64,000 nucleotides of DNA from a virus. The first letter of the stretch is position 1. The number at the start of each line of letters is the position of its first letter. The translations under genes and the position numbers were made by a program. Positions 16,374-26,427 of this stretch are shown one piece after another. The notes under the pieces were generated by a model, which saw only the letters and a list, made by a program, of their open reading frames with translations, was not told the DNA's origin and did no database searches. Where the stretch lies: positions 1 through 64,000 of IMG/VR virus record IMGVR_UViG_3300045988_144346; one strand, 5' to 3'.

Positions 16374-18254
16374 TCAGCGGACGGTAGCCGTCAGCGTCCC
16401 GGTGTCCGCATCGAGCGCCATGCGGGCCGGAGTGAAGGAGCCGTTCGCCGTCTGAAGAAGCTCGCCGTCCTCGTTGAGCGATAGCACAGAGCCGTTTTCG
16501 TAAGGCGTGTCCGTCGTCCAGAGCAGCCGTCCCGTTGCCGGGTCGATGGTGATCGTCGTGAACACGATGTTGTCTGTCGGGTAAAACTGGCTGCCGTCTG
16601 CGGAAACGATGGAAACGCCGTCCGTACTCCCGACCTCAGCCCAGGAGATCGTCCCCGTCTGCGGCATCACCCGGCTCTTGTAGTCGATGCTGATCGCCGT
16701 GGCGCTCGCCGTGTGGATGCGGAGGAAGTGTCCCTTCGGGTTGAGAAGAAACAGCGTATTATCTGAATTGCTCAGCGCCATGAGCGCGTCGAACTGCTTC
16801 ACGGTGTCCTTGTACGCCTTGCCGTTGATAAATCCGCCGATGAACCCGGAAAGCGTTCCGGCAAGGTAATTGGAGGCGTCCGGCTGTCTCGTGGGATACC
16901 GGGTGAAGTTGCGTTCGAGCGTCGGCGTATTATTGTTGGAAACGGACCCGGCGCTCACTCCGTCCTTGCCGTACCGGAAAAAGTACGCCGCAACAACGTT
17001 GTAGTACTGCGTCTGCGCGTCGTATTCCGTCTCAAGGATCGCCCAGAACCAGAACTGTACCGGCGCCTCGTTCGACACCATCGGGGTCGTGAGATAGACG
17101 AGCGCGCCTTCGGGGAAAACGTAATACACATACGATTCCCCGGATTTGGCGCTGTAGTCGCGCAGCTCGCTGACGTTCGCGCCGACATAGGCCAGCTTCT
17201 TGAGCTTCGTATCGCCCACCGTCCGGCGCAGCACCGTATAGCCCTGTGCCAGAACATCCGGCGTCCACTTGACGTAAACGCACGGCTCGTTTGCAAGCTG
17301 GCACGCCGTCACGTTGCCGGTCGTCTCGCTCACGGTATAGGAAACATTAAAGTCCACCCACCCCGTCGTAACGCTCACGCCGTTGGCCGTCTCCACGGTG
17401 CATTGTATGGAGTAGGCGTTCCCGGTGAGAAATCCGTTATAATCGACCCGCAGCTCGCCTGTTCCGGAGATTTTCCCCGTATCCACAAACGGGTTCGCTG
17501 TATCGTCCTTATCGGCAATCCGCCAACGGACCCAGTTGATGGAATCGCCCTGCGCCTGAGAGTACGTCGCCGTGAAAGAATATTCCTTTACGCTCACCGG
17601 AGACGGGATCGCATTGATGGCGAGCGTCGGTGTGCTTCTGGCAAGAAAAAGCGCCGGCGTCGTCTGAAGAACATATTCATCGCCGCCGCTGTAGGCTGTG
17701 CCTGGCAGCTCCGTTCCGGCGGCTTCTGCCGCCCTGGTAACGGTCAGCGTGTAGAAAAATCCGCTCGCCGTCACAGCGAGAGTATGGTTTTTCGTGCTGT
17801 AGCGGATGGAGTCGCCGGCGGCAAGCGCCTGAGCGAGCGTGAAAACGGCATATTCCGCATCGCTGATCCGGAAATAATACTGTCCGGCGGCTACCGCTCC
17901 GCTCGCCGTGTACAAAACGCCCGCGTCAGTGGAAGCGAACCACTGTACGATGAGCATTTTGTATTCGTTGCCGTTTGCCATACCTGCGGCGCTCATATTT
18001 GCCGCCTCGATCTGCGCGGCGAAAAAAGCAACGTCTCCGGCGTAGTTCACGCCCCACCACGGCGTGGAAAGCGTGGTTTTCCCCGTGCTGTACAGCCTTG
18101 TGGAGGCGGTATCGTTTTTATAAAGCGTGATCTGATAGGCGCTCATCGGGGAATCGCCGCTCACCTGCCAGCTCACGTCCATGTCCTGCGAGATGTCTAC
18201 GCATCCGCTTCCGTTGATTTCGTCCGGGGAGATATTGGATGGTTGATTGAGCAT
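16374..18254 (-). CDS. Distal tail protein (Dit)-like with long N-terminal extension and extra C-terminal module
   Basis: 626 aa, second gene after the tape measure. The N-terminal half is beta-rich and repeat-like. Call is by position. Confidence 0.45.
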   Translation of the reverse strand: MLNQPSNISPDEINGSGCVDISQDMDVSWQVSGDSPMSAYQITLYKNDTASTRLYSTGKTTLSTPWWGVNYAGDVAFFAAQIEAANMSAAGMANGNEYKMLIVQWFASTDAGVLYTASGAVAAGQYYFRISDAEYAVFTLAQALAAGDSIRYSTKNHTLAVTASGFFYTLTVTRAAEAAGTELPGTAYSGGDEYVLQTTPALFLARSTPTLAINAIPSPVSVKEYSFTATYSQAQGDSINWVRWRIADKDDTANPFVDTGKISGTGELRVDYNGFLTGNAYSIQCTVETANGVSVTTGWVDFNVSYTVSETTGNVTACQLANEPCVYVKWTPDVLAQGYTVLRRTVGDTKLKKLAYVGANVSELRDYSAKSGESYVYYVFPEGALVYLTTPMVSNEAPVQFWFWAILETEYDAQTQYYNVVAAYFFRYGKDGVSAGSVSNNNTPTLERNFTRYPTRQPDASNYLAGTLSGFIGGFINGKAYKDTVKQFDALMALSNSDNTLFLLNPKGHFLRIHTASATAISIDYKSRVMPQTGTISWAEVGSTDGVSIVSADGSQFYPTDNIVFTTITIDPATGRLLWTTDTPYENGSVLSLNEDGELLQTANGSFTPARMALDADTGTLTATVR

Positions 18255-18266
18255 TGTTTCACCCCT

Positions 18267-18548
18267 TTATGCCGGTCCGGAGCCGAAGAACCACGCCTTC
18301 GCGTTGCTCATCGACCCCCACCAGACCACCAGCACCGTGTCCCCCACGGCGGCGGAGGCTACCTCCGCCGCGTAGGGTATCTTTATCTCCTGTGCCCCGA
18401 AGGGCTGTCTCACGCCGATGACCTTTCCGTCCGGCGCGGTCGTAACGTCGTACCGCTCTGCGCGGAGAGCGTTTGCCGTCTCCTGCCGGCACAGCCGCGC
18501 CACATGGCTCCGCATCGCGTCCCAAAAGGCTTTGGCATCCTGCATCAT
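18267..18548 (-). CDS. Small tail-module protein
   Basis: 93-aa ORF between the tape measure and the Dit-like gene. Confidence 0.4.
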   Translation of the reverse strand: MMQDAKAFWDAMRSHVARLCRQETANALRAERYDVTTAPDGKVIGVRQPFGAQEIKIPYAAEVASAAVGDTVLVVWWGSMSNAKAWFFGSGPA

Positions 18549-18565
18549 ACGATTTCCGTCTCCTT

Positions 18566-21500
18566 TCAGGTGAGATTCAGTATCCGCAGCTGCCGCGCAA
18601 GCTCTCCGAGCGTCGTGGTGTTCGCCTGCTGCTCGGTAAGGTTGATGCCGCCCGGGAACGAATATACCGTGTCGTGGCTGTCCGCAGTGGCTCCGTAGGA
18701 GTTCGTCGGCGCCGTGGGTATCCCGGCATTGGGCATGCCGTAAACAGCGCCCAGGGCCCGCGCGAAAGCGTCAAATTGCGCGTTCGGCGTCGGCGTTAGG
18801 ATTTTGGCGGAAAGCGCCGGTCCGAGAACGATCTCGTCCTCGCTCGTGGCCTTCACGCCACCCATGCCGCGCAGCACACCGCCGGAGTCGTAGCCGGGAA
18901 GCTTCCAGCCGGACGGATTTGTTGCGATAAAATCGGCGATCAGCTCCGCAAGAGACTTGACATTGCCCGTCTCGCCCTTCTGCCGGTCGGTGCCGGATCT
19001 GGCGACATCCGCCAGAATGTCCGCGATCTCTCGCAGCGGCTCTTCCACGGACTCAAGGATCTCTTTCCACTTGTTTTCCAGCTCGTCGTACCGGGCGTTA
19101 ACCGCGTCCTGCTGCGCCTTGATGGCGGCAACCGCCGCGTCGTATTCCTGATCCTTTCGGAATTTGTCGAGCGCATCCTGCGCCTTCTTGAGCTGGTCTT
19201 TGGCGCTCTGCACCGCCTTCTGATCGGCGATCCATTCCCACTGGCCGGTAGCGGCGTTGTACATGCGCACATTGCGCTCCGCCTGCGCGTTGGCAAACTT
19301 TGCCTGTGCCTCCGTAACGGCGAGGATCTTCTCCTCGAGCTCCAACCGGTCTTCCTCGGTGTCTCGCGCCTTTTTAAGCGCTTCCAGCTGCGCATCCAGA
19401 TCGGCAAGTTCGGCTTTGCGGGCTTTTTCCGCTTCGTCGAACTTCTTGTCCATCGCTTCCTGCAGCTCTTTCCAGTAGTCGCTGTCGCCTCCGCCGCCGG
19501 AGCCGCCGCCTCCGCCGCCTCCGCCGCTGTTTCCGCCGGCGTTTCCGGAAAGGCCGGGGACATAAAACTTGCCCTTGTCGGGGTTTCCGAGCTCTCCCGT
19601 CGGGTCGTAGTAGCCCCTCGCCGCTGCCCGAAACAGGCCGTCCGGCCTCTGTCCGTGCAGCATCCGGCGTGTCTGCGGCGCCGTGTATACCATCGCGCCG
19701 GGTGCCAGCATCGTGACCGTAGGCTCGCCGCCTCCGGCAATACGCGCCGTGCTGCCTTCCTGAATGATCTCCGGTCCCTGCTCGTTGACAAGCGTAAGTC
19801 CGCCGCCGGAGCTCTTGCCGCCGGAGGCTTTTCGGCCGATACCCGCTCCTGTAAGGGCCCCAATAACGCCAGCAGTAGCCGCGTGCACGGTTACTGTCCA
19901 TGTTTTGTCTGTAAGCCCATGGAGTTGAGATTCAAGAGCGTTGAGGGTCTGCGTTGCGTTTGCCGTTTCCGTAAAAACGTTAACTGTTTTTTCTTCAGGA
20001 ATTTCTTTTGCTGTTGTCGCAACATCTTGTAGCGACTCTTGCACCGCGTCAAACGTTATTCCATCAATGCTTTGCAGCGTTGCAACCAGCCCGTCGATTT
20101 CCTCCTGACTTTTTCCGGCTTCGCTCAGTCCTTTGCGGAATTTGTTAAGATCAACATTTTGTGTCCCATCTGCTGCCTTCGTCAGAGCGCCTACGTCTTC
20201 GGCAAGCTTGAGTGCCTGATCGCCCGCGTTGTAGATCTCCGAGCCGTAGACCCCCATGGCCTCCGCCCAGGAGAGGATAACGTCCTCCGAAACGCCGGTA
20301 TAGTCGGCGAGATCCTGCAGACTCTCCACGGTGAAGCTGAGCCCGCTGTCCGTTTTCTCAAAAGACGCCAGCAGCTTTCCGTTTTCGTCGCGGAGTTTTC
20401 CCTCGGCGTCGGCCGCATTATAGAGCCACTGCGCAAACCCGGCGCCGGCATCCTCTCCGCCGCCGCTGAGCATGGCTTTCAGCCCTTCCAGCCCCTGAAT
20501 GTATGCCGCCATTTTCTGCGGATCATTTTCGAGAGCTTCGCGCTCCTTATCAGAGAGGAACAGATTATAGCCCGCCTGTGCCGTGTTGCTGCCGATGCGC
20601 CCGTTGGCTATCTCCTCCATGGTTTTCGCGTAAGCGTCCGCCATGTCCTGGAATCCGTCGTCCTGATCGGACGCCGCTGCCTGCTTAAAGCTGTCTATCG
20701 CGCTGGTTGCGTCCTTTACGCGGTCAGAGAGCGATTCATAGGCTTCCGTTTGCTCGTCAATGGTTTCTGTATTGGTCTCTGTTTCTGATGTTGCGTCTGC
20801 GGTTTCTCCTTTGAGTTCGCGGGCAGCGGACGTTAATACTTGCCACGCCGTCAGCACTTCCAGATCCGTTTTAGATAATTTGATTCCCGCTTCGCTCGCA
20901 TTTTCCAGTGCATCGGCAATGGGCTGATATTTTTTTACCAGCTCGTCGAGGCTTCTGCCATATTCTTCGGCGCTTAATTTCCCGTCTTGCCAATCTTTCC
21001 GCCAGTTGAATATTTGTTTTGGATACACCCGAAGGGCCGTGTAATCTTCATCTCGTCGGGTCTGGCGAAGCTCTCGCTTCGCATTCCTGCGATTTTCTTT
21101 GTCTGCCGCTTCCTGTAATTCTTTTGTGGCTTCTATTTGATCTTGGAGAATTTCGAGTCTTTTTTGTTCTACCTCCGTAAGCGCCTCTGCTTTGTTCCGC
21201 AGCGCGTTATATTCTTCCTGCGCCGCGGTCAGCGCATCTTGATTTTTGTGTTTGTCTGGGAAAAACAGATTGTTGAGTGCCGTTACAAGATCCGTAACCG
21301 CACCTATAACGTTTTTTTGCCAATCGGTGGTGGCTATCGACTGCACGAAATCTGTCCAGGTGTTTTGAAGGACATTGATTTGCGACTCCAGGCTTTTCAG
21401 CCTTGTCGAAACTTCTTTATCTGCACTCCCAGCCGCGTCCCCCAGAGACTCCAACATCTTTTTGTAGGTGTCAAATTCTGTAACGAGCGCAACGAGCGAG

Positions 21501-22792
21501 TTTGTGCGGAGCTTTCCGCCAAGCCCGGACAGCATCTCCATGAGTTGCTGCTCCGTCAGCGCGCCTTCTTTCATCGCCTTGGAAAGCGCGGCAATGGCGT
21601 CCATCGGATTGATGAGCTCGCCGGTCGCCCTCGCTGCCTCAACCACGTCACTCGCGTAAACTTCCAGAACGTCGCTGAGACTCTGGATCTCTTCTTTTGT
21701 TACGGTGACGCCTTCCTCAACCTCCGTCGTGGTATCACCCATGATGTTGAGGACGATGGCGCGGAACGCGCGCGCCGCTTCGCTGCCGGACACCTGCGTT
21801 TTCGCCGTGATCGTTCCGAGCGCGGCCAGAAGCTGTTCCTGCGTAATGTGTGCCTGCGCCGCTACCGAGGCGACGATAGGCATGCCGCTCGCCAGTTTTT
21901 CGATGCTTGTCGCATAGTGGTTGTCGATCTCGTTCGCCTGATCTACGATGAGAGACAGCGCCTCAACCGAGCCGCCCAGTTTGTACGCCGCGTCCATGGT
22001 GATGAGCATCTTGTTAGCGGTCTCGGAGTTGATGTCGCCGACGAGCTGCGTTTTCGTGGCAACTTCGGCAAGCCCCGCCGCCAGATCGCCGTAACCGGCG
22101 CGGCTGAACTCGGCAACGCTCTGCAGAAACTCGTTGGCCGCCACGCCGTATTTGCTCGCGGTTTCGTAAGCGCGGTCGTTAAGTCCGGCGATATAGCTGT
22201 CGCTCGCTCCCGTTACCTTCTGAATGGTGTTTAGCTGGCTGTCAACTTCTCTTATCGTGGAAAGAGCTTCACGAAGTGATTGCCTCAAAAGGTTCAGCGC
22301 AGCATAAAGTGCTCGGGACGCGAGCGACTGAATTAGCGTCTGCCCAAAGGATTTTGCTGCATTGCTGCCCTGCTCGAGTTCTCCGCGAAGATCGCCTTCC
22401 GCTCGCGCATGTTGCTGCGCGGCCGCTGCCGCCCGCTCCTGCTGAAACGTCAGTTTTGCGCCGACAGTTTTCTGCCGTTCCTGTTCGGTGGCGGTTCGCT
22501 GAGTCTCCTGCTGCAGGCGGGCGTTTGCCGCTGCCACCTGGTTCGCCGTCTGCTTTGTGCGCTCCTGCGCAATCGCAAGGTTTACTTCGGCTATCCGGCG
22601 GCGCTCCTGAGCCGTAGCCAGCGCGAGCTGCTGACGTGTCAGGTTCTCGATCCCTGCCGCCCCGGTAACTTTTATCTCGATAGCAACCGGCTTTGCGCTC
22701 AGGCTTTTCGCTTTTGCGTCGATTTGCGTCAGCTGCGCCAGAACGTTGGCGCCGTCTCGCAGTTCTGTCCGCAGGACAATGGTATCTGCCAT
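18566..22792 (-). CDS. Tail tape measure protein
   Basis: 1408 aa, long coiled-coil-type A/E/K/Q-rich segments, internal Gly run GGNSGGGGGGGGSGGGG; position upstream of Dit/Tal. Confidence 0.85.
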   Translation of the reverse strand: MADTIVLRTELRDGANVLAQLTQIDAKAKSLSAKPVAIEIKVTGAAGIENLTRQQLALATAQERRRIAEVNLAIAQERTKQTANQVAAANARLQQETQRTATEQERQKTVGAKLTFQQERAAAAAQQHARAEGDLRGELEQGSNAAKSFGQTLIQSLASRALYAALNLLRQSLREALSTIREVDSQLNTIQKVTGASDSYIAGLNDRAYETASKYGVAANEFLQSVAEFSRAGYGDLAAGLAEVATKTQLVGDINSETANKMLITMDAAYKLGGSVEALSLIVDQANEIDNHYATSIEKLASGMPIVASVAAQAHITQEQLLAALGTITAKTQVSGSEAARAFRAIVLNIMGDTTTEVEEGVTVTKEEIQSLSDVLEVYASDVVEAARATGELINPMDAIAALSKAMKEGALTEQQLMEMLSGLGGKLRTNSLVALVTEFDTYKKMLESLGDAAGSADKEVSTRLKSLESQINVLQNTWTDFVQSIATTDWQKNVIGAVTDLVTALNNLFFPDKHKNQDALTAAQEEYNALRNKAEALTEVEQKRLEILQDQIEATKELQEAADKENRRNAKRELRQTRRDEDYTALRVYPKQIFNWRKDWQDGKLSAEEYGRSLDELVKKYQPIADALENASEAGIKLSKTDLEVLTAWQVLTSAARELKGETADATSETETNTETIDEQTEAYESLSDRVKDATSAIDSFKQAAASDQDDGFQDMADAYAKTMEEIANGRIGSNTAQAGYNLFLSDKEREALENDPQKMAAYIQGLEGLKAMLSGGGEDAGAGFAQWLYNAADAEGKLRDENGKLLASFEKTDSGLSFTVESLQDLADYTGVSEDVILSWAEAMGVYGSEIYNAGDQALKLAEDVGALTKAADGTQNVDLNKFRKGLSEAGKSQEEIDGLVATLQSIDGITFDAVQESLQDVATTAKEIPEEKTVNVFTETANATQTLNALESQLHGLTDKTWTVTVHAATAGVIGALTGAGIGRKASGGKSSGGGLTLVNEQGPEIIQEGSTARIAGGGEPTVTMLAPGAMVYTAPQTRRMLHGQRPDGLFRAAARGYYDPTGELGNPDKGKFYVPGLSGNAGGNSGGGGGGGGSGGGGDSDYWKELQEAMDKKFDEAEKARKAELADLDAQLEALKKARDTEEDRLELEEKILAVTEAQAKFANAQAERNVRMYNAATGQWEWIADQKAVQSAKDQLKKAQDALDKFRKDQEYDAAVAAIKAQQDAVNARYDELENKWKEILESVEEPLREIADILADVARSGTDRQKGETGNVKSLAELIADFIATNPSGWKLPGYDSGGVLRGMGGVKATSEDEIVLGPALSAKILTPTPNAQFDAFARALGAVYGMPNAGIPTAPTNSYGATADSHDTVYSFPGGINLTEQQANTTTLGELARQLRILNLT

Positions 22793-22852
22793 TTTTTCAC
22801 CGCCTGTACTTGAGCTTTATTGGAAAGCGTGATAAAATTTCTTTATTGAAAT

Positions 22853-22883
22853 GGTTGCGTTTCGGCCGTCTGCTTGCCATATA
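22853..22883 (+). promoter_or_regulatory. TTGCGT-N17-CATATA element copy h
   Basis: GGTTGCGT 22853-22860, 17-nt spacer, CATATA 22878-22883, then gaaaggag RBS. Confidence 0.5.
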
Positions 22884-22896
22884 TGGCAGAAAGGAG

Positions 22897-23235
22897 ATGT
22901 ATGATTTGAGTTTAAAAAACTTCTTGCTTGGCGTATTAAAGCGTTCGGTATCTGCCGCCGGGTATAGAACCATCGGGTGCTCTCCGGACGAAGCGTTTTT
23001 TTTGGCAGACATGGAGGTCAACAGCCGCAATACATCCCGCCGCTCTCGACAGCTCAGCGATGAAGAGATTAAAAAGCGTATAGAAGAAAGCCGCAAGGGT
23101 TATGACGCAGCAATGGCCACGCTTGCTGAATGCCAACGCAAGCTACGCGAAGGCGGGCCGTTGGTTCGTGAGGGAGCGGAAAAAGCTCGTCAGGAAGCTC
23201 AGCGGTTTCGTGAAGAAATCAGGAAGAACAGTTAA
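22897..23235 (+). CDS. Opposite-strand moron inside the tail module, function unknown
   Basis: Plus-strand ORF between minus-strand genes. ATG 22897 abuts the RBS, and TTG 22906 has better spacing. The C-terminal half is charged and helix-like. The stop overlaps the convergent gene end. Confidence 0.45.
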   Translation: MYDLSLKNFLLGVLKRSVSAAGYRTIGCSPDEAFFLADMEVNSRNTSRRSRQLSDEEIKKRIEESRKGYDAAMATLAECQRKLREGGPLVREGAEKARQEAQRFREEIRKNS

Positions 23236-23651
23236 CTCGCCTCCACCTCAAACCCCGCCGCCAGCAGCGCCGATACGACGATGGCCTCCGCCTCGCTGGA
23301 ATCCACAAAATCCCGCAGCGCTTCTTCCATGAACGGGCGCGGTCCGGCGTCGCCCTGACGATAACCGGATTCTACCCACGGTGTTTCCGGCTCGCTTCCG
23401 TTGGTCTGCAGCGTCGTCTCGTTGGTGATCTCCACACTGTCGTCGCTGATAACGGCAGAGAGATTATTGTCTGCGCCGAGCTGATACCGGCGGCGCTCCA
23501 TCGCCCACGGCGACGCCTCATAGCTGTATACCCGCTCGTCCGCCGAGCGCCGGATAGCCGCTTTCAGCCCCGCCGCCAGTTCCGACTGTGCGGAGGCTAC
23601 GGCGCTTTGTATGCGCGAACGGATGGTGTAATACTGGTCCAGTACGCTCAT
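23232..23651 (-). CDS. Tail-module protein (position of an assembly chaperone), function unknown
   Basis: ATG at 23651 lies 8 nt after aggag; 139 aa. Confidence 0.4.
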   Translation of the reverse strand: MSVLDQYYTIRSRIQSAVASAQSELAAGLKAAIRRSADERVYSYEASPWAMERRRYQLGADNNLSAVISDDSVEITNETTLQTNGSEPETPWVESGYRQGDAGPRPFMEEALRDFVDSSEAEAIVVSALLAAGFEVEAS

Positions 23652-23754
23652 GAAAATCACTCCTGATTCCCGGAAAAAGCGTGATATTTCACGCGCTTTC
23701 AGCGAAGCAGGGGGGAAAGCCCCGACCCGATACCGGATCGGGGCTTTATCATGC

Positions 23755-24888
23755 TCAGGTAACGGTCACGGGGATCGTGTCCGTATAGGTCTCGTTGGTG
23801 AGCGTATTGGTAACGCTCACGGTAACGGTGGTGTTGCCGGCCGCAACGCCGGACAGCACATTGCTGTGCGCATCGTTGAACTTGGCCGTGGCCGCCGCAG
23901 CGGACGCGAACGTGACCTTGCTCATATCGGAGATATTGGCAAGGATGCCGCCAACCGAATACTTCACCGGCAGGGTGATCGTCTCGCCGTGGGCAACAGA
24001 CGCGCCGGAGCCGAGACCGATAAAGTAGATGCCGTCCACGCCGTAGGTGCTCGTGTCGCTGCCGATGAACTCGTCCACGATGAAACCGTAGGACTGAGAA
24101 CCGGAGTTGTCGCACAGACCGGCTCCGACGGCCTCCTCGTAGGTCAGGCAGTTGCCGGAGAGGTCAACGCTGCCGGTAGAGGTCTGCCCAACGCTGTCCT
24201 GCATACCGTTGGTGAAGAAGTAGTACGGGATGTAGTAATGGCGGATCTTGTAGAGACTCGACGCCATAACATCCGAACCGGTCTTCTTCGCGTAGCAGTT
24301 GACGGCGAAGTGCGCGCGCACGACCTTCGGCTGGAAGAGCGCCGGAATGCCGAGCTGCAGAGCGCTGGAGTTCTCCACGAAATACTTCACACAGTAGCTG
24401 TTGCCGCTGACTGCCGTGAAGCCGGTGATAACGCCGGCGGAGGACACGGGATACGCCGTGCCGCTGTTCTGCTCGACCGTCGCCTTGTCCGAGCCGGAGC
24501 TCGTCAGAACGTAGGCAACCGCGCCGTTGGAACCGCCGAGCGGAGCCACCGCGTTGTTGATGGTCAGATTGGCGCCCGTTGCGGTAACAACGGTGCTGGT
24601 CTCCACAACGCCGTTGGCAGCAAGGTCGCTGCCGATGGTGATCGCCATGTTGTTGAGCGCGCTGTCCGCCGTCTTCGCCGTAATAGCAAGGCGGGCCGTG
24701 TCGGGGATGCACATGACGAGCATGTTCCCGGGGCCGCCTTCCACGTCGCCGCTATTCATGCTGCCGTTCAGGCCGAAATCGGTGACGTACTTGGAAAAGC
24801 CAACGAGGTTGTCGGTAGCGGGGTCAAAGAACTCCGCATACACAATGCCCTTGGTGAACATATAGTCGGGCTTAAACGTGTAGTTCAT
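23755..24888 (-). CDS. Candidate major tail tube protein with C-terminal Ig-like (Big_2-type) domain
   Basis: 377 aa, T/S/G/A-rich. C-terminus VTFASAAAATAKF...GNTTVTVSVTN..TNETYTDTIPVTVT looks Ig-like. Call is by position upstream of the tape measure. Confidence 0.45.
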   Translation of the reverse strand: MNYTFKPDYMFTKGIVYAEFFDPATDNLVGFSKYVTDFGLNGSMNSGDVEGGPGNMLVMCIPDTARLAITAKTADSALNNMAITIGSDLAANGVVETSTVVTATGANLTINNAVAPLGGSNGAVAYVLTSSGSDKATVEQNSGTAYPVSSAGVITGFTAVSGNSYCVKYFVENSSALQLGIPALFQPKVVRAHFAVNCYAKKTGSDVMASSLYKIRHYYIPYYFFTNGMQDSVGQTSTGSVDLSGNCLTYEEAVGAGLCDNSGSQSYGFIVDEFIGSDTSTYGVDGIYFIGLGSGASVAHGETITLPVKYSVGGILANISDMSKVTFASAAAATAKFNDAHSNVLSGVAAGNTTVTVSVTNTLTNETYTDTIPVTVT

Positions 24889-24897
24889 AATCGAAAG

Positions 24898-25707
24898 TCA
24901 CTCCTTTGTAGTGTCAGCAAGAAGCCCTTTAGCTCCCGCGTCGAGATCGTCGATGGTCTTCATGGCGCCCGGCAGACTGACCTTGCGGGCGTATTTCCAC
25001 GTTGGGAAGGGATTGCCCTTGGGAAAGGTCACGAAGCCGGACATGGAAGCCGTGGTATAGACCTGATATCCAAGCGTTCGGTCGATGGCCTCCTGCGTTT
25101 TCTGAAAGTCTCGGATCGTCCAGCCCCACACGGAGGCCGGATCGGTGTGCGCGTTGATCGCCACGGAATAGACGAGCGCGTCAAAGTCCAGCACAAGATC
25201 GCTTTCCTGCTGCGCGGCAGTATACTGCAGCGCGGCAACGAGCTCCGGGTTATAATTCTCATCCGGTATCTCATAGCAGTTCTGTGCCGCAATAATGCGC
25301 CGCACCTCGTCCATCTGCGGCATGCTGAGGCAAAAATCGCCCTGGATGAAAATCGCGTCAAGCACGCCGTTCCGCGTCTGAAACTGGATGGGCAGCATCG
25401 CTTCCCCGGTCCTTCGGTCGGAAAACGTCTCGAGCCGCAGCGCTTTTACAAGCACTGCCATAGCCAAATAGAAGAAATTTCCGGCTATGTTCTGCTCCTG
25501 CGCGGTTTTATCCAGTTCGTACAGGCACGCGCACCACGAAAGCCGCGCCAGCTTCGGCGGCAGGGAGCTTTGCATCAGCTCAAAGGCGATCCGCGCATTA
25601 TGGTACAGGGCATAATCGCGCACCGTCAGCGGCCAGAACTCCAGCCCCGCATATTCCACCGGTCGATTCTCTCGTATGGCTTCCGCGTATTTATCTTCGA
25701 TGCTCAT
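24898..25707 (-). CDS. Structural-module protein, unknown
   Basis: 269-aa ORF with balanced composition, tightly packed in the operon. Confidence 0.4.
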   Translation of the reverse strand: MSIEDKYAEAIRENRPVEYAGLEFWPLTVRDYALYHNARIAFELMQSSLPPKLARLSWCACLYELDKTAQEQNIAGNFFYLAMAVLVKALRLETFSDRRTGEAMLPIQFQTRNGVLDAIFIQGDFCLSMPQMDEVRRIIAAQNCYEIPDENYNPELVAALQYTAAQQESDLVLDFDALVYSVAINAHTDPASVWGWTIRDFQKTQEAIDRTLGYQVYTTASMSGFVTFPKGNPFPTWKYARKVSLPGAMKTIDDLDAGAKGLLADTTKE

Positions 25708-25737
25708 AAAAACTCCTTTGCATCGTCCATAACATTG

Positions 25738-26427
25738 TCATTCGGCGAACGTCGGGTGTTCGTCCGTTCCGTACCAGTCCACATACTGGTAGAGCTTGTA
25801 ACCGAGATTGGCGCGTTCATCGTCCACCTTGGTCACGCGGCTCATGAACAGCGGCCCAACGCCGCCGACGTTGACTCCCTCCGTCGCCTCCATAATGGCC
25901 TGAAGCATCGCATAGGAGCGGGAGTTCCCCGGCGTTCCGAGATTCGCTTCCTGCGCGTAGTTGGTCATGATGGTGTATATAACCGTCTGTCGGTACACCG
26001 CGCGGTTCCGGTCCCGTATCGTCGTGATCTCTCCCAGCGCAATGCGAAGGATGGACTGCGCGTTGTACTGCGACTGGCGCGTAAGATCCTGCGCAAACAC
26101 GCGGTAGCCGCGCTTTTCATCCGGCGGATTGGCCGGAAGCTCCGGGTCGAACAGTATCGTGCGTATCTGCTCACCCGTGGGAAGCGGCTGGGAGAGCGGC
26201 CTTTCGCCGTCCCAGTAGAGCAGCTTCTTCAGCCGAGCCCGCGGGTACCGGTTATCGCTCGGCGGCGTGTAACCGGGGCTCTCCATGTCCATGAGGTACC
26301 GCGACAGAAGGTATGGAAGCGTTTCCGCTCCTGCCATGGAGTTTGACGCCAAGACCTTCCAAAACGGGTAGTACGGAGAGTCCGTCGTCGGTTGAACGTT
26401 CACCCAGTCATTCTGCTTCATGGGCAT
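25738..26427 (-). CDS. Structural-module protein, unknown
   Basis: 229-aa ORF. Confidence 0.4.
   Translation of the reverse strand: MPMKQNDWVNVQPTTDSPYYPFWKVLASNSMAGAETLPYLLSRYLMDMESPGYTPPSDNRYPRARLKKLLYWDGERPLSQPLPTGEQIRTILFDPELPANPPDEKRGYRVFAQDLTRQSQYNAQSILRIALGEITTIRDRNRAVYRQTVIYTIMTNYAQEANLGTPGNSRSYAMLQAIMEATEGVNVGGVGPLFMSRVTKVDDERANLGYKLYQYVDWYGTDEHPTFAE

Noticed and set aside
12446-18254. Diversity-generating retroelement acting on the tail fibre genes
   Set aside because: No reverse transcriptase ORF exists anywhere in the window. No template/variable repeat pair with A-specific differences was seen. The duplicated C-terminal module is a diverged protein paralogue.
23232-24888. Programmed -1 frameshift tail-chaperone pair upstream of the tape measure
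   Set aside because: I found no overlapping out-of-frame ORF pair or convincing slippery heptamer here by eye. The slot is partly occupied by the opposite-strand moron. Not reported as a feature.
23650-26346. 898-aa plus-strand ORF. Similar long ORFs occur at 27239-29770, 31966-34203, 34936-36552, 36826-38505, 38502-40406, 14003-15265, 17403-18698 and 21137-22234.
   Set aside because: All are antisense to well-formed minus-strand phage genes. They are extremely Arg/Gly/Val/His/Ala-rich, lack RBSs and span several sense genes. This is the typical stop-free antisense frame of GC-rich coding DNA.
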